Source of the DNA: an uncultured Spirochaetota bacterium
GTDB taxonomy: Bacteria > Spirochaetota > Brevinematia > Brevinematales > JAOACQ01
Direction of reading: 5' to 3'
NCBI GenBank assembly: GCA_963768055.1
Contig: CAVYGN010000002.1
Location: forward strand, 64,001 to 128,000
DNA: 64,000 bases
The notes under the pieces are model-generated. The model was not told where the DNA came from. It was given only the letters and a program-made list of their open reading frames with translations, and did not search any database. Shown one piece after another: positions 55,258 to 64,000 of this stretch. A program made the translations under genes and the position numbers. Numbering within the stretch: position 1 is the stretch's first letter; each line of letters opens with the position of its first letter.

Positions 55258-57123
55258 ATTAAATTCAATTCCATCCAGACAAAAATACTTTCGTCTCTTT
55301 CAGCCCTTTTGGTTGCGGCAGTAGTATTGATAATCGTCTTTATAGTATATAATCAGCGTGCGAACCTCCTCGATGAAAATCATAAAAACGTTAAGGTAAA
55401 CCTGGAATCCCTCATCGTGTCGCTTAAAAACATGATGCTCACAGGAAACGCCCCCGTCCTGGTCAATACCATGAGAGACCTTTCAGGGGAAAAGCTTTAC
55501 AAAAAAATTAACATATTGAGAATGGACGGGACCATCGCCTTCAGCGACGATCAAACTATCAAGGCCGTTAACGCAAAATCGGGCCAGTCGTTTGAAATTT
55601 CCGAAAGGCTTGCCGACGACAGGAGCGATTCTGAAAAAGCAAAGGATTCTCAAAATATTATTTTCGTTTCAAACACACAGGGTTTCGTTACAAAATCAAA
55701 TCCAGGGCAGGGTGAAAACGATTATTACCTACCGATAAAATTCGAAAATTCCTGCGCCCTCTGCCATGAAAGCGGCCGGATTTTCCGCGGCGTGGCCCAT
55801 ATTACCCTTTCGACTATGGAAATTAACGATAAAATCACGGGGATGCGTAATATTCTTTCTTTGTTTTTTATCGGTGCCGGTGCGATACTGCTCATGTTTA
55901 TTTTCCTTCTTGTTAAAAGGCAGATAATTACACCGATCCTGAAAATCAGCGAAACGGCTGAAGAAGTCAGCAGGGGCGATTTCACCAGGCGGTTCGACCT
56001 TAAAAACAGGGACGAAATCGGCGACTTCGCGGCTAACCTGAACGATTTCGTGGGCAATCTGAACGGCGATATCCGGCAGGTTAAAAGCGCGTCCGAAAAA
56101 ATCAACAGCCTTTCAAACAATTCGATCCGGCTCATGGAGGGCAAGGTTAAAAACAATATAATGGAGATTGAATCCAGTATCAACCATATTGACGGACAGA
56201 CTGAAAGAACCACTACAGGCGTCAACGAACTTACCACCACAGTCGAGGAAATCGTACGCAACCTTCAAAGCATTATGGGCAGTATAAAGAACCAGGCCGT
56301 TGCCGTCGAGGAATCTTCAAGCTCTATCGAAGAAATAGTCAGGACTATCGAAAGGACAACCGATATGTCCACCCAAACCCGGAGCATAGCGGACGAACTC
56401 AATAAGGTCGCTAAGGATGGAGGCGAAGCTGTCAAAAATTCCGTATCGGCGATCAGGGAAGTATCCGAGTATTCGCAGCAGATCATCAAGATCCTGTCCC
56501 TCATCACAAACGTATCGAAGAATACTAACCTGCTGGCCATGAACGCTGCTATAGAGGCCGCGCATGCCGGAGACGCCGGAAAAGGTTTCGCCATTGTAGC
56601 TGAAGAGATACGTCATCTTTCAGAGGAAACCGGCAAAAATGCCCGCGAAATCGGCGAAGTGGTCAGTACAATTGTCTCCCGGATCGATGTTTCAGTGAAC
56701 CTGGCGGAGAAAGCCGGGATAGGACTCGAAACTATAATGGCTTATTCAAGCCAGAGTGCAAAAATCATAGAACAATTGAATGTAAGCATGGAAGAGCAGA
56801 ACCATGGGGCAAAGGAGATCCTGAAAGCGATCCAGTACCTCGTTCAAATCTCGGAGGAGGTTAAATTCTCTATCCAGGAACAAAACAAGGCGACGGACGA
56901 ATTCGCGGCGGCATTAAAAGAGATCTGCGACCTGACTTTTAAAAATAAAGACGATGTGAAAATGCATATAAATAACCTTGAGAGCCTCATAAAGGCGGTT
57001 GAAGAGATCAAAAACAATATAAGCGTAAATCAGGAGCTTGCAAAAAACCTCAAATCCCTGATGGACAAGTTCAATACCGGAGAAACAGAAAGTGAAAGAT
57101 CGGAAATGAGGCTTGTCGAGTAA
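55258..57123 (+). CDS. methyl-accepting chemotaxis protein with periplasmic c-type heme motif
   Basis: Two TMs, periplasmic CALCH, HAMP (RDEIG) and signalling TNLLAMNAAIEAAHAGDAGKGFAIVAEEIR. Start probably ATT at 55258. Confidence 0.92.
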   Translation: MKFNSIQTKILSSLSALLVAAVVLIIVFIVYNQRANLLDENHKNVKVNLESLIVSLKNMMLTGNAPVLVNTMRDLSGEKLYKKINILRMDGTIAFSDDQTIKAVNAKSGQSFEISERLADDRSDSEKAKDSQNIIFVSNTQGFVTKSNPGQGENDYYLPIKFENSCALCHESGRIFRGVAHITLSTMEINDKITGMRNILSLFFIGAGAILLMFIFLLVKRQIITPILKISETAEEVSRGDFTRRFDLKNRDEIGDFAANLNDFVGNLNGDIRQVKSASEKINSLSNNSIRLMEGKVKNNIMEIESSINHIDGQTERTTTGVNELTTTVEEIVRNLQSIMGSIKNQAVAVEESSSSIEEIVRTIERTTDMSTQTRSIADELNKVAKDGGEAVKNSVSAIREVSEYSQQIIKILSLITNVSKNTNLLAMNAAIEAAHAGDAGKGFAIVAEEIRHLSEETGKNAREIGEVVSTIVSRIDVSVNLAEKAGIGLETIMAYSSQSAKIIEQLNVSMEEQNHGAKEILKAIQYLVQISEEVKFSIQEQNKATDEFAAALKEICDLTFKNKDDVKMHINNLESLIKAVEEIKNNISVNQELAKNLKSLMDKFNTGETESERSEMRLVE

Positions 57124-57136
57124 GTGTGCGGAAGGT

Positions 57137-57340
57137 TTAAAACTCAAGATAGGCCCTGTTGATCCCGAATTCGCTGAACCTGGACCATGGGATGCCGTTG
57201 TCCCTGAAAACCCCTTTAATGATTTCCTGCCAGTTATCCCATGTCGCATGGTGAATATATGATCTTTCTTCCCCGATAATGACAATTATATCCAATGTTC
57301 CACGGACCCTGTCTATGTTCCCTAATTTCACGCAATTCAC
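57137..57340 (-). CDS. small hypothetical protein
   Basis: 67-aa ORF whose start overlaps the stop of the upstream gene (GTGA). Confidence 0.5.
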   Translation of the reverse strand: MNCVKLGNIDRVRGTLDIIVIIGEERSYIHHATWDNWQEIIKGVFRDNGIPWSRFSEFGINRAYLEF

Positions 57341-57852
57341 AGGCTTTTTATTCCAAGTTTATCGAATAATTTAATAAGGCCATAGAAATTATTTTCTAAA
57401 CCGGCTTGTTTTTTCAATATGAAGAAAATATTTTTTTCAGGATAGAGCAGGATAAGATCGCCTGAATGATAATAACCGTAAAAGTTATTTATGCCGGTTT
57501 TGCTCTCTTCATTGTTTTCCCTGGCTTCGCATGACCCGTCATCAAAGAATTTTAAAAACATTTCACTGCCGTAATTTTTATCTTTTTTTGCACTTTTAAG
57601 AATTTTTCTTATATAAAACCATTTTTTGAATATAATGCTTATGCCATAGACTATTAAACCTATGTCGGCAATGACAAAGAGTATAAACTTACCGGAAAAA
57701 CGAAGCAGTAAAATATTTAACATTATTAAACCTGCGATTGATAATATAATACCCAGGATCGGAAAGATAATGTTGATTTTATTCCTCCCGTAATGGATCG
57801 ATGCCGCCTTTTTATAATCATTATCTTTTAATATCTGAGAAAATTCAATCAT
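57337..57852 (-). CDS. YcxB-like membrane protein
   Basis: Two TMs, then a soluble domain with LILLY...FFILKK. Confidence 0.65.
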   Translation of the reverse strand: MIEFSQILKDNDYKKAASIHYGRNKINIIFPILGIILSIAGLIMLNILLLRFSGKFILFVIADIGLIVYGISIIFKKWFYIRKILKSAKKDKNYGSEMFLKFFDDGSCEARENNEESKTGINNFYGYYHSGDLILLYPEKNIFFILKKQAGLENNFYGLIKLFDKLGIKSL

Positions 57853-57868
57853 ATCGAAACGTCCGCCT

Positions 57869-58981
57869 TTACTTCATTTTCTTTATCAGCATAAGATTAC
57901 GTGCATGGTCTTTTCTCCGGTAGCTGTATTCGAAATCCAGGGGGATCTTCGGAGCCTTTTCATAAGCGTCCCTTAAATCTTTCTGGAGGAATCCCCGAAA
58001 CAAAAAATGGGGTTCATGATAGATGCCGAACAGGGTTATTTTCCAATCACTGCCGAAATATTTATAGGGAATGGCGCTGTCATCCTGGACTATAACATCC
58101 ATGTTTGTCAATGATATCCCCCTGATAATTGAGAAATTATCCATATGCGGCAGATAAGAAGCGGCTTTCAAAATACCGGCGGTCTTTCCCAGGCCGGTCA
58201 GGTATTTTCTCCATGAAATTTCTTTGGACAATGACGGATTCGACAGGTCTAAATGAAGGAAGATCACCTGTTTTTTCACACCGTCCGAATCAAGAAACTC
58301 GATTGCTCCGCTCCTGCACTGTTCGCCGTTTTTCAGTTTAATGAATGAAAGCGATCCATCGCTTTGAACGTCTACCTTATAAAGGGCGACAGGTGTTATG
58401 CCAAGCCAGCTCATTTGCGCCAGAATATGCGGGAACACTCCCCTTATAGGGGATTTTTCCAGGTCGCTTGCCATATCTTTTGTCGTATAATAGTTCCAAT
58501 AAATCAGATAATCGTAACCCGCGATCATTTTTAAAAGGCTTTTGTCCATGTCCTTCTTCGAAATGTTTAACAGGTCGGGTATTCCTCCCGCCGTTTCAAG
58601 CCCTATCAGAATATAAGTTTTTGCGCCGGGGAAAAAATCATGGGCGTTGATGAAATCCGCTCCGGCGAATGGATAAAAACAGACGCTATGATTTTCATCT
58701 TTCAGCCATTTCTCCCTCCACGAGCGAACAGGCTGAAATGTTTTCGACTCGTAATAATTCCAGTAATCGTTCATCTTTTTCTTGAATTTAATGTAATTCT
58801 CGTCGTCTGTTAAAACCCGGAGCGCGCTTCCTTCAGGAAGTTCCCCGCCGGAAAAAAACTTCGCCGCTTCAAGCGGGGTGTATTCGATTGCCGTTTTATT
58901 ATCATCGGTAAAAGCACATGATAAAACCGTCAATAGCAATATCGATAAACCGATTAAATTAATTTTAAGATTGTTATGCAA
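57869..58981 (-). CDS. hypothetical lipoprotein
   Basis: Lipobox LTVLSC; enzyme-like motifs FYPFAGAD, IGLE, KAASYL and QDDSAIP. Confidence 0.7.
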   Translation of the reverse strand: MHNNLKINLIGLSILLLTVLSCAFTDDNKTAIEYTPLEAAKFFSGGELPEGSALRVLTDDENYIKFKKKMNDYWNYYESKTFQPVRSWREKWLKDENHSVCFYPFAGADFINAHDFFPGAKTYILIGLETAGGIPDLLNISKKDMDKSLLKMIAGYDYLIYWNYYTTKDMASDLEKSPIRGVFPHILAQMSWLGITPVALYKVDVQSDGSLSFIKLKNGEQCRSGAIEFLDSDGVKKQVIFLHLDLSNPSLSKEISWRKYLTGLGKTAGILKAASYLPHMDNFSIIRGISLTNMDVIVQDDSAIPYKYFGSDWKITLFGIYHEPHFLFRGFLQKDLRDAYEKAPKIPLDFEYSYRRKDHARNLMLIKKMK

Positions 58982-59176
58982 GAAAAACCTCCGACATACT
59001 TTTAATAGAAGATATTTTAAAGGAAGCCTGAAAATTTATCCATAAGACAGGGAATTGTATTATGGGCCCTTCTAATAACCCCCGGACAAGCCGGGATAAA
59101 CGCCTTTTCACGCCGAGCAAGTCGGCACAAGGGCGGCAAGGTTGGGCCCATAGGGTTTATGACAATTGCCGATCCG

Positions 59177-60010
59177 TCATTCACCTGTCCATGAGGCTAT
59201 ATATTTCAAGTCTCCGGTATCGATGCCGGGTTTTTTGCGGCTAAATGCCCCTTTCAGCCCCAGTTCCCATGCGGCGAATTCGAAATGGCAGATAGCTATA
59301 CCCATATCGATGTTCTGAAGTTTTATATCCCTGAAGATATTGTTATACATTACATTCTCGTTAAGATAGAAGTGAAAACCAAGGCTTTCAGGCTTCTCCC
59401 TGATGATCCTCCAGGGCTGCCTGTTTGATGCGGAAGGGGCGGCCCTGACCGCTTCAAGGACAGTTCCGTACTGCCCCGCATCTTTTTTTAAGAGGGGGTT
59501 GTCAAAAGACCTGTCGAAAAAGAGTTCTTCAAAGCTCTTCCGGTTTCTAGCGCCTTTAGACGATCCGAATATTCCTACAATGAAAGAGCTTTTATCACCG
59601 GGGTAACCGAGCGGGGTAACTGCAGGAATAACCTCCCCGGGCATAAGGCCGATCCTTTTCGCGAAAGCGCTTCTTGAAAGCGTGCCGGCAATCCAGCAGC
59701 TTCCGAGCCCTAACCCGGTAGCCTTCAACACGCCTGCTTCCATGCAATACCCGAAATCTTCCATTGACATTTCGCCCTTTTTAACTGCGCCTGCAAGATA
59801 AGAAACCGCCCCCTTTATCATCAAACTAGTCCCAAGGTTATTTCCTTCCCCCTGTCCTACAAGCCTGAAACGCACAGTGTTTCCGAACGGACCTTTTTCG
59901 AAAGATTTTAGATAATCCATCAGGGAATCCTTTTTTTCGTTTTCCACATCCCTGCCGTCGTAAGCCCTTGTAGAATGCCTGCGGAATATCAGGTCTATCA
60001 TCGATTCCAT
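59177..60010 (-). CDS. nitroreductase family protein
   Basis: RRHSTRAY, GLGSCW, APSASNRQPWR and IDMGIA motifs. Confidence 0.9.
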   Translation of the reverse strand: MESMIDLIFRRHSTRAYDGRDVENEKKDSLMDYLKSFEKGPFGNTVRFRLVGQGEGNNLGTSLMIKGAVSYLAGAVKKGEMSMEDFGYCMEAGVLKATGLGLGSCWIAGTLSRSAFAKRIGLMPGEVIPAVTPLGYPGDKSSFIVGIFGSSKGARNRKSFEELFFDRSFDNPLLKKDAGQYGTVLEAVRAAPSASNRQPWRIIREKPESLGFHFYLNENVMYNNIFRDIKLQNIDMGIAICHFEFAAWELGLKGAFSRKKPGIDTGDLKYIASWTGE

Positions 60011-60207
60011 AAATCACACTCCTTTATGAAGATATCATTATTTGGAAAAAATCTTCCGCGAAGCCGCACTATGGCGTCTTATAATTTACCACTTATTTTG
60101 ATATTACTTCGCGTTGATTAGTGTAGCCTTGAACAAAAATATTATAATCATAAATGCAGAAAAAATAAAAATAATGTAAAATTAACGGGGGCCGGGAATA
60201 ATAACTT

Positions 60208-61506
60208 ATGAAATCATATCTGTATCTTATCTGCTTTTTTTTTCTTTCCTGTACTGTCGTCCCTAACTCCCGTTACACAGGCGATTTTAATCTCAAAGAA
60301 TTTAGCTGGCTGTGCGGCAGAAAAATTTTCCTGGACCCGGGCCATGGGGGGACGGGAAAAAGCGACAGTTTCAGGGTGGCGCCCAACGGCCTCACCGAGG
60401 AAGAGGTAAACCTTAAAGTATCCCTTATACTGCGCGATATGCTCACAGGCGCCGGCGCGGTTGTATGTATGAGCCGGGAAAGCGATGTTAAAGTACCGCT
60501 TAAGTCCAGGGTGGAAAAAGCTCACGATTTCAACCCTGATATTTTTATAAGCATGCATCACAACGGGAGCCCCAGAAGGATTGACGGCGTAAACTATCCC
60601 CTGGTTTTGATCTGGGGCAACGCAGAATGCAGGCCCGAAAGTTATGAGTTTGCAGGGCTTCTCCTTGAGGAATTCGAAAAGATCATGAAAAAAAAGGGGC
60701 TTATAGTTTCGGATCTTTCTTTATTTACTGAAAGCGGATCAATGGTTTTAAGGGAAACCCGGGCCGATTGTCCGGGAGTTATCGGAGAAGCAGGTTTTTA
60801 TTCCGATTATGATTTCGCGGAAAGGCTTAAAGACAAAGAATACAATCAAAAGGAAGCCGAAGCCTATTTTACTGCGATATCAAGGTATTTTATAACAGGA
60901 GTCCCAACAGCTGAGGTAATTTTACATGCCGGGATGTTTGCCGGCCCCATGATCGAAATTTCCGCCGATCCCGGGATAAAAGAGGCCGGGATCGAACCGG
61001 CTTCCATAACGGCCTCGCTTGACGGCCTTCCTGTCAAAATAAAATTATTGAAAGATAATAGATTCATTATCGATTATGGTAAAACTGTTTACCCGGGCGA
61101 TCACGAACTCAGGTTCCATTTCAGGAACACACTAGGCCGTTCAAGTATGTTCTATACCGCATGTTTTTCTATACCAGTCGGAAAGGGCGATTACCGGAGG
61201 CTCATTCGAAACGGCCTCGGCCTTATCAATAAAAAAGGGGCGTCAAATACGGCCGAGGGCCTTAAAATGCTCCTTTCCGCTTATTCCTTATCGGTTACGG
61301 ACCCTGGATCGGACGATATCCTTTGGAGTATCGCGTCCGCTTTTAACTACCTTGGCGAAAGGGGCAAAGCCTATTATTATTACTCCCTTCTTCGCGAGGG
61401 TTACCCGCAGTCAAAATACAGCGCCTTGCTCTCGAAATACGACCTGGGAGACAAATTGGTCGCAGATTACAAGGGCAAGGTCATTTATGCGAAATACGAG
61501 CAATAA
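60208..61506 (+). CDS. N-acetylmuramoyl-L-alanine amidase (Amidase_3) lipoprotein with C-terminal TPR-like region
   Basis: FFLSC lipobox; LDPGHGG, EEEVN, SMHHN and GEAGF zinc/catalytic residues. Confidence 0.87.
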   Translation: MKSYLYLICFFFLSCTVVPNSRYTGDFNLKEFSWLCGRKIFLDPGHGGTGKSDSFRVAPNGLTEEEVNLKVSLILRDMLTGAGAVVCMSRESDVKVPLKSRVEKAHDFNPDIFISMHHNGSPRRIDGVNYPLVLIWGNAECRPESYEFAGLLLEEFEKIMKKKGLIVSDLSLFTESGSMVLRETRADCPGVIGEAGFYSDYDFAERLKDKEYNQKEAEAYFTAISRYFITGVPTAEVILHAGMFAGPMIEISADPGIKEAGIEPASITASLDGLPVKIKLLKDNRFIIDYGKTVYPGDHELRFHFRNTLGRSSMFYTACFSIPVGKGDYRRLIRNGLGLINKKGASNTAEGLKMLLSAYSLSVTDPGSDDILWSIASAFNYLGERGKAYYYYSLLREGYPQSKYSALLSKYDLGDKLVADYKGKVIYAKYEQ

Positions 61507-61707
61507 AGGACTCGATTCAGAAACGATATGCTGTTCCAAAATCGAATAAGATCGTCCATTCAAAAGAACTCCCGCGGACATATTATGTTAAGATAGGAAA
61601 GTTTGCCGATTATACCGAATTATGTTATATTTTATAATTGTTATTATATGAAATAAAGAAGGATACCTTTATTGAAGATAAAAGATAACCCTTCATCAAG
61701 GAGTATT

Positions 61708-63072
61708 ATGATGAAAAGAATATTAATTATGCTGTCGGTTCTTATGCTTACCGGAAATATCTTTGCAGAGATAAGGACCATCAACCTCTCCAACGCTATT
61801 GAACTTGCAATCCGGAATAATCTTTCCATAGCAAAGTCGGAGAAGGAAATAGGCATAGCAGAGGCGCAGTACAACGAGTCTTTAGCCGATTTCGCGATGC
61901 CTTCAATAAACGGGAACGCAAGTTTCACCGAACTTGACCCGCAGACGGTCCAGGATGGAATTCTCAATTTCCCTTTGCCCCCGCAGTTTGCAGGATTGTT
62001 CCCGACGATCACCAATGTTTATCCCGATAATTACCATGCAGGAATATCGGTATCCAAGACCCTGTTCGCGGGATTCAGGCTCTGGAATTCCCTTTCAGTC
62101 AGGAAGGCGTATCTCGATCTGGCAAAGGCTAAGCTCAAAGACATGAAAAACGAAGTGGTTTCAAGCGTTACAACCTCTTTTTATAACCTTTTTCTTATCA
62201 GGGAAACAATTAAAAGCCAGGAGGATTATAACAGTTCCCTGAAAGACCATGTAACTTATACGAGCAACAGTTATATATCGGGAAATGCGACAGAGTTCGA
62301 TTTTATCACGGCTAACCTCAGATACAAGCTCAATATCCCGAAATTGACCGATCTGTCGAACAATCTTCTTAATGAAAAGCTGGTATTTTGCCAGCAGATG
62401 GGCATAAATGATCCCGGATCTGTCGAGATCGTCGGCGATCTTCTCGATACAACTAATATTTCTCTTCCTGTGACCAATAAGGACCAGATACTCAACCTAG
62501 CCCTTTCCAACGACATCAATCTGATGAGCATCGATGCTTCAATTAAAATAGCTAAGCTTTCCAAAGAAATCGTGGAGGGCGGAATGTATCCGTCGCTTTC
62601 AGCTTTCTTTAATTACGGATACGACCTGGGTAAGACAAATACTTTTGCCCCTGTGGAAAGGACATGGAATAGTTCCTGGAGCGCGGGCCTGCAGCTTTCG
62701 ATGTCTTTCGACAGCCTGATCCCCTACGCTTCGAAAACCTGGAACAGCGCCGATGAGGCGGAAAAAAATATCGAATCCCTGCTGTTGCAGAGAAGCATGA
62801 CCACTAACTCTGTGACCCTCCAGGTTCAATCGCTTCTCCTCCAGCTGGAAGAAGGCAGGGAGAATATCAGCGTTTCACTGGACGATGTCAATCTCGCTAA
62901 ACTGGGTTACCGCCTCGCTGACGCGAGGTACAAGGCGGGAAATTCGACAGAGCTTGAAGTAATCGATGCGGAGAATTCCGAGGTCGAAGCCGAGGCAAGG
63001 TGGTTTAAATCAATTTTCGATTATTACAGCGCCAACGTAAGACTTAACCGTCTTATCGGAGGGTTGTATTAG
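61708..63072 (+). CDS. TolC family outer-membrane efflux protein
   Basis: Signal peptide, LSNAIELAIRNN, YPSLS and RYKAGNST...DAE. Confidence 0.9.
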   Translation: MMKRILIMLSVLMLTGNIFAEIRTINLSNAIELAIRNNLSIAKSEKEIGIAEAQYNESLADFAMPSINGNASFTELDPQTVQDGILNFPLPPQFAGLFPTITNVYPDNYHAGISVSKTLFAGFRLWNSLSVRKAYLDLAKAKLKDMKNEVVSSVTTSFYNLFLIRETIKSQEDYNSSLKDHVTYTSNSYISGNATEFDFITANLRYKLNIPKLTDLSNNLLNEKLVFCQQMGINDPGSVEIVGDLLDTTNISLPVTNKDQILNLALSNDINLMSIDASIKIAKLSKEIVEGGMYPSLSAFFNYGYDLGKTNTFAPVERTWNSSWSAGLQLSMSFDSLIPYASKTWNSADEAEKNIESLLLQRSMTTNSVTLQVQSLLLQLEEGRENISVSLDDVNLAKLGYRLADARYKAGNSTELEVIDAENSEVEAEARWFKSIFDYYSANVRLNRLIGGLY

Positions 63073-63131
63073 CGGCTATTTGGCGTAACTTTTTATAATT
63101 ATTATATTTTATTATAATCATAGAGGTAATT

Positions 63132-63602
63132 ATGACTGAACCTGTAATCGATACATTGGTAGATTCTTTTTCTTCCCTTATCCCCGTATTTATGAAGGTC
63201 CTCAAGCAAATCCAGTCCGAAGTACTTCAGGACAGTGAAATTTCAAGCGTTCATATGCAGATAATGTTTATTCTTAAACATGAGGGGCAGCTAAACATGT
63301 CGGCCCTGGGTAAAAAGTTAATGGCCCCAAAACCCAACGTGACGGTCTTTATCGATAAACTGATAGAACATGAATATGTGGAAAGGCTATACAATGATTC
63401 GGACAGGAGGGTTATTTCTATAAAGCTCACTGAATCGGGCCAAAACAGGATAGACGAACACCTGAAAGAAATGAAAAAATATTTCAGGCAGTTTATGAAA
63501 AGATTCAGCGAAGACGACCTGGAAATGCTGAAAAAATCGATTGAAAATGTAAATTATTTTGTTGAAAAATATAAAAATGACAAGGAGAAAAATAATGGCT
63601 GA
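63132..63602 (+). CDS. MarR family transcriptional regulator
   Basis: KPNVTVFIDKLIEHEYVER...SDRR...LTESG. Confidence 0.92.
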   Translation: MTEPVIDTLVDSFSSLIPVFMKVLKQIQSEVLQDSEISSVHMQIMFILKHEGQLNMSALGKKLMAPKPNVTVFIDKLIEHEYVERLYNDSDRRVISIKLTESGQNRIDEHLKEMKKYFRQFMKRFSEDDLEMLKKSIENVNYFVEKYKNDKEKNNG

Positions 63603-64000
63603 AAGACCTATGGGCTCGAAAGAAAAAAAAGGAAATAACAAATATCTCATTGGATTGATCGTTTTAATCGCCTTATTAGCAGGGGGCTGGTTCTGGTATG
63701 TGTTCGTTAACGGTTCCATAACAATAGACGACGCTTATATCGATAGAGACAAGGTTTCAATCAGCCCGAAGATGCTCGGTAAAATCGCCAGATTTTACGT
63801 ACAGGAAGGGGACAGGGTAACAAACGGCCAGGTGCTTGTAGTACTCGATAAATCGACCCTTTTAGCGCAGGAAAGCCAGGCCATGGCATCTTACAATGTC
63901 TCCCTGGGCAACATTGAATCGGCAAAAGTAAACCTTGAAAGGGCGCAGGACGATTACACGCGCGCGGATACACAGTTTAAAAGTTCGGTTATTACGGTCG
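63595..64000 (+). CDS. HlyD/EmrA family membrane-fusion protein (5' part, runs off the window edge)
   Basis: Not in the ORF track. Manual translation gives MAERPMGSKEKK...TM...IDDAYID...ISPKMLGKI...VQEGDRVTNGQVLVVLD. Confidence 0.88.
   Translation, partial: MAERPMGSKEKKGNNKYLIGLIVLIALLAGGWFWYVFVNGSITIDDAYIDRDKVSISPKMLGKIARFYVQEGDRVTNGQVLVVLDKSTLLAQESQAMASYNVSLGNIESAKVNLERAQDDYTRADTQFKSSVITV

Noticed and set aside
55725..56616. Long antisense ORFs within the MCP (and similar ones in fapA, yggS, murC and the cyclase)
   Set aside because: Typical antisense shadows of coding sequence, with no RBS or motifs.

Overview
Gene-dense bacterial chromosomal segment with about 55 CDS. I found no rRNA, tRNA, CRISPR array or intact transposase. 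Gene content suggests an anaerobic, motile, diderm organism, probably a free-living spirochaete (inference from the Jag_N-FapA gene, the LacI-type sensor-kinase fusion and the lipoprotein signal peptides). Housekeeping and metabolic genes include iorA (partial), pdxA, rpoN, ackA, yggS, a U32 peptidase, hypAB, korAB-type oxidoreductase, rlpA, murC and a TrmH-family methyltransferase. Signalling genes are abundant: a sugar-binding/HK/REC/GGDEF hybrid, a class III adenylate cyclase, a Ser/Thr kinase-AAA-GAF-PP2C giant, a heme-c MCP and a CZB protein. There is also a HigBA toxin-antitoxin pair and the start of a TolC-MarR-EmrA efflux operon. The most notable locus is 47.1-54.5 kb: an AfsA/ScbA-type (A-factor/butenolide synthase) hotdog protein fused to a PilZ-like domain, next to an AT-rich block encoding two HAD phosphatases, two SDRs and two stand-alone condensation-type acyltransferases. 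This is a candidate gamma-butyrolactone/butenolide pathway in an unexpected lineage. Intergenic DNA holds several families of inverted short-repeat elements (one encloses an AT-rich decayed ORF), a well-spaced sigma-54 promoter, probable leaderless transcripts and two probable non-canonical start codons. All calls come from reading motifs by eye; no database search was run.
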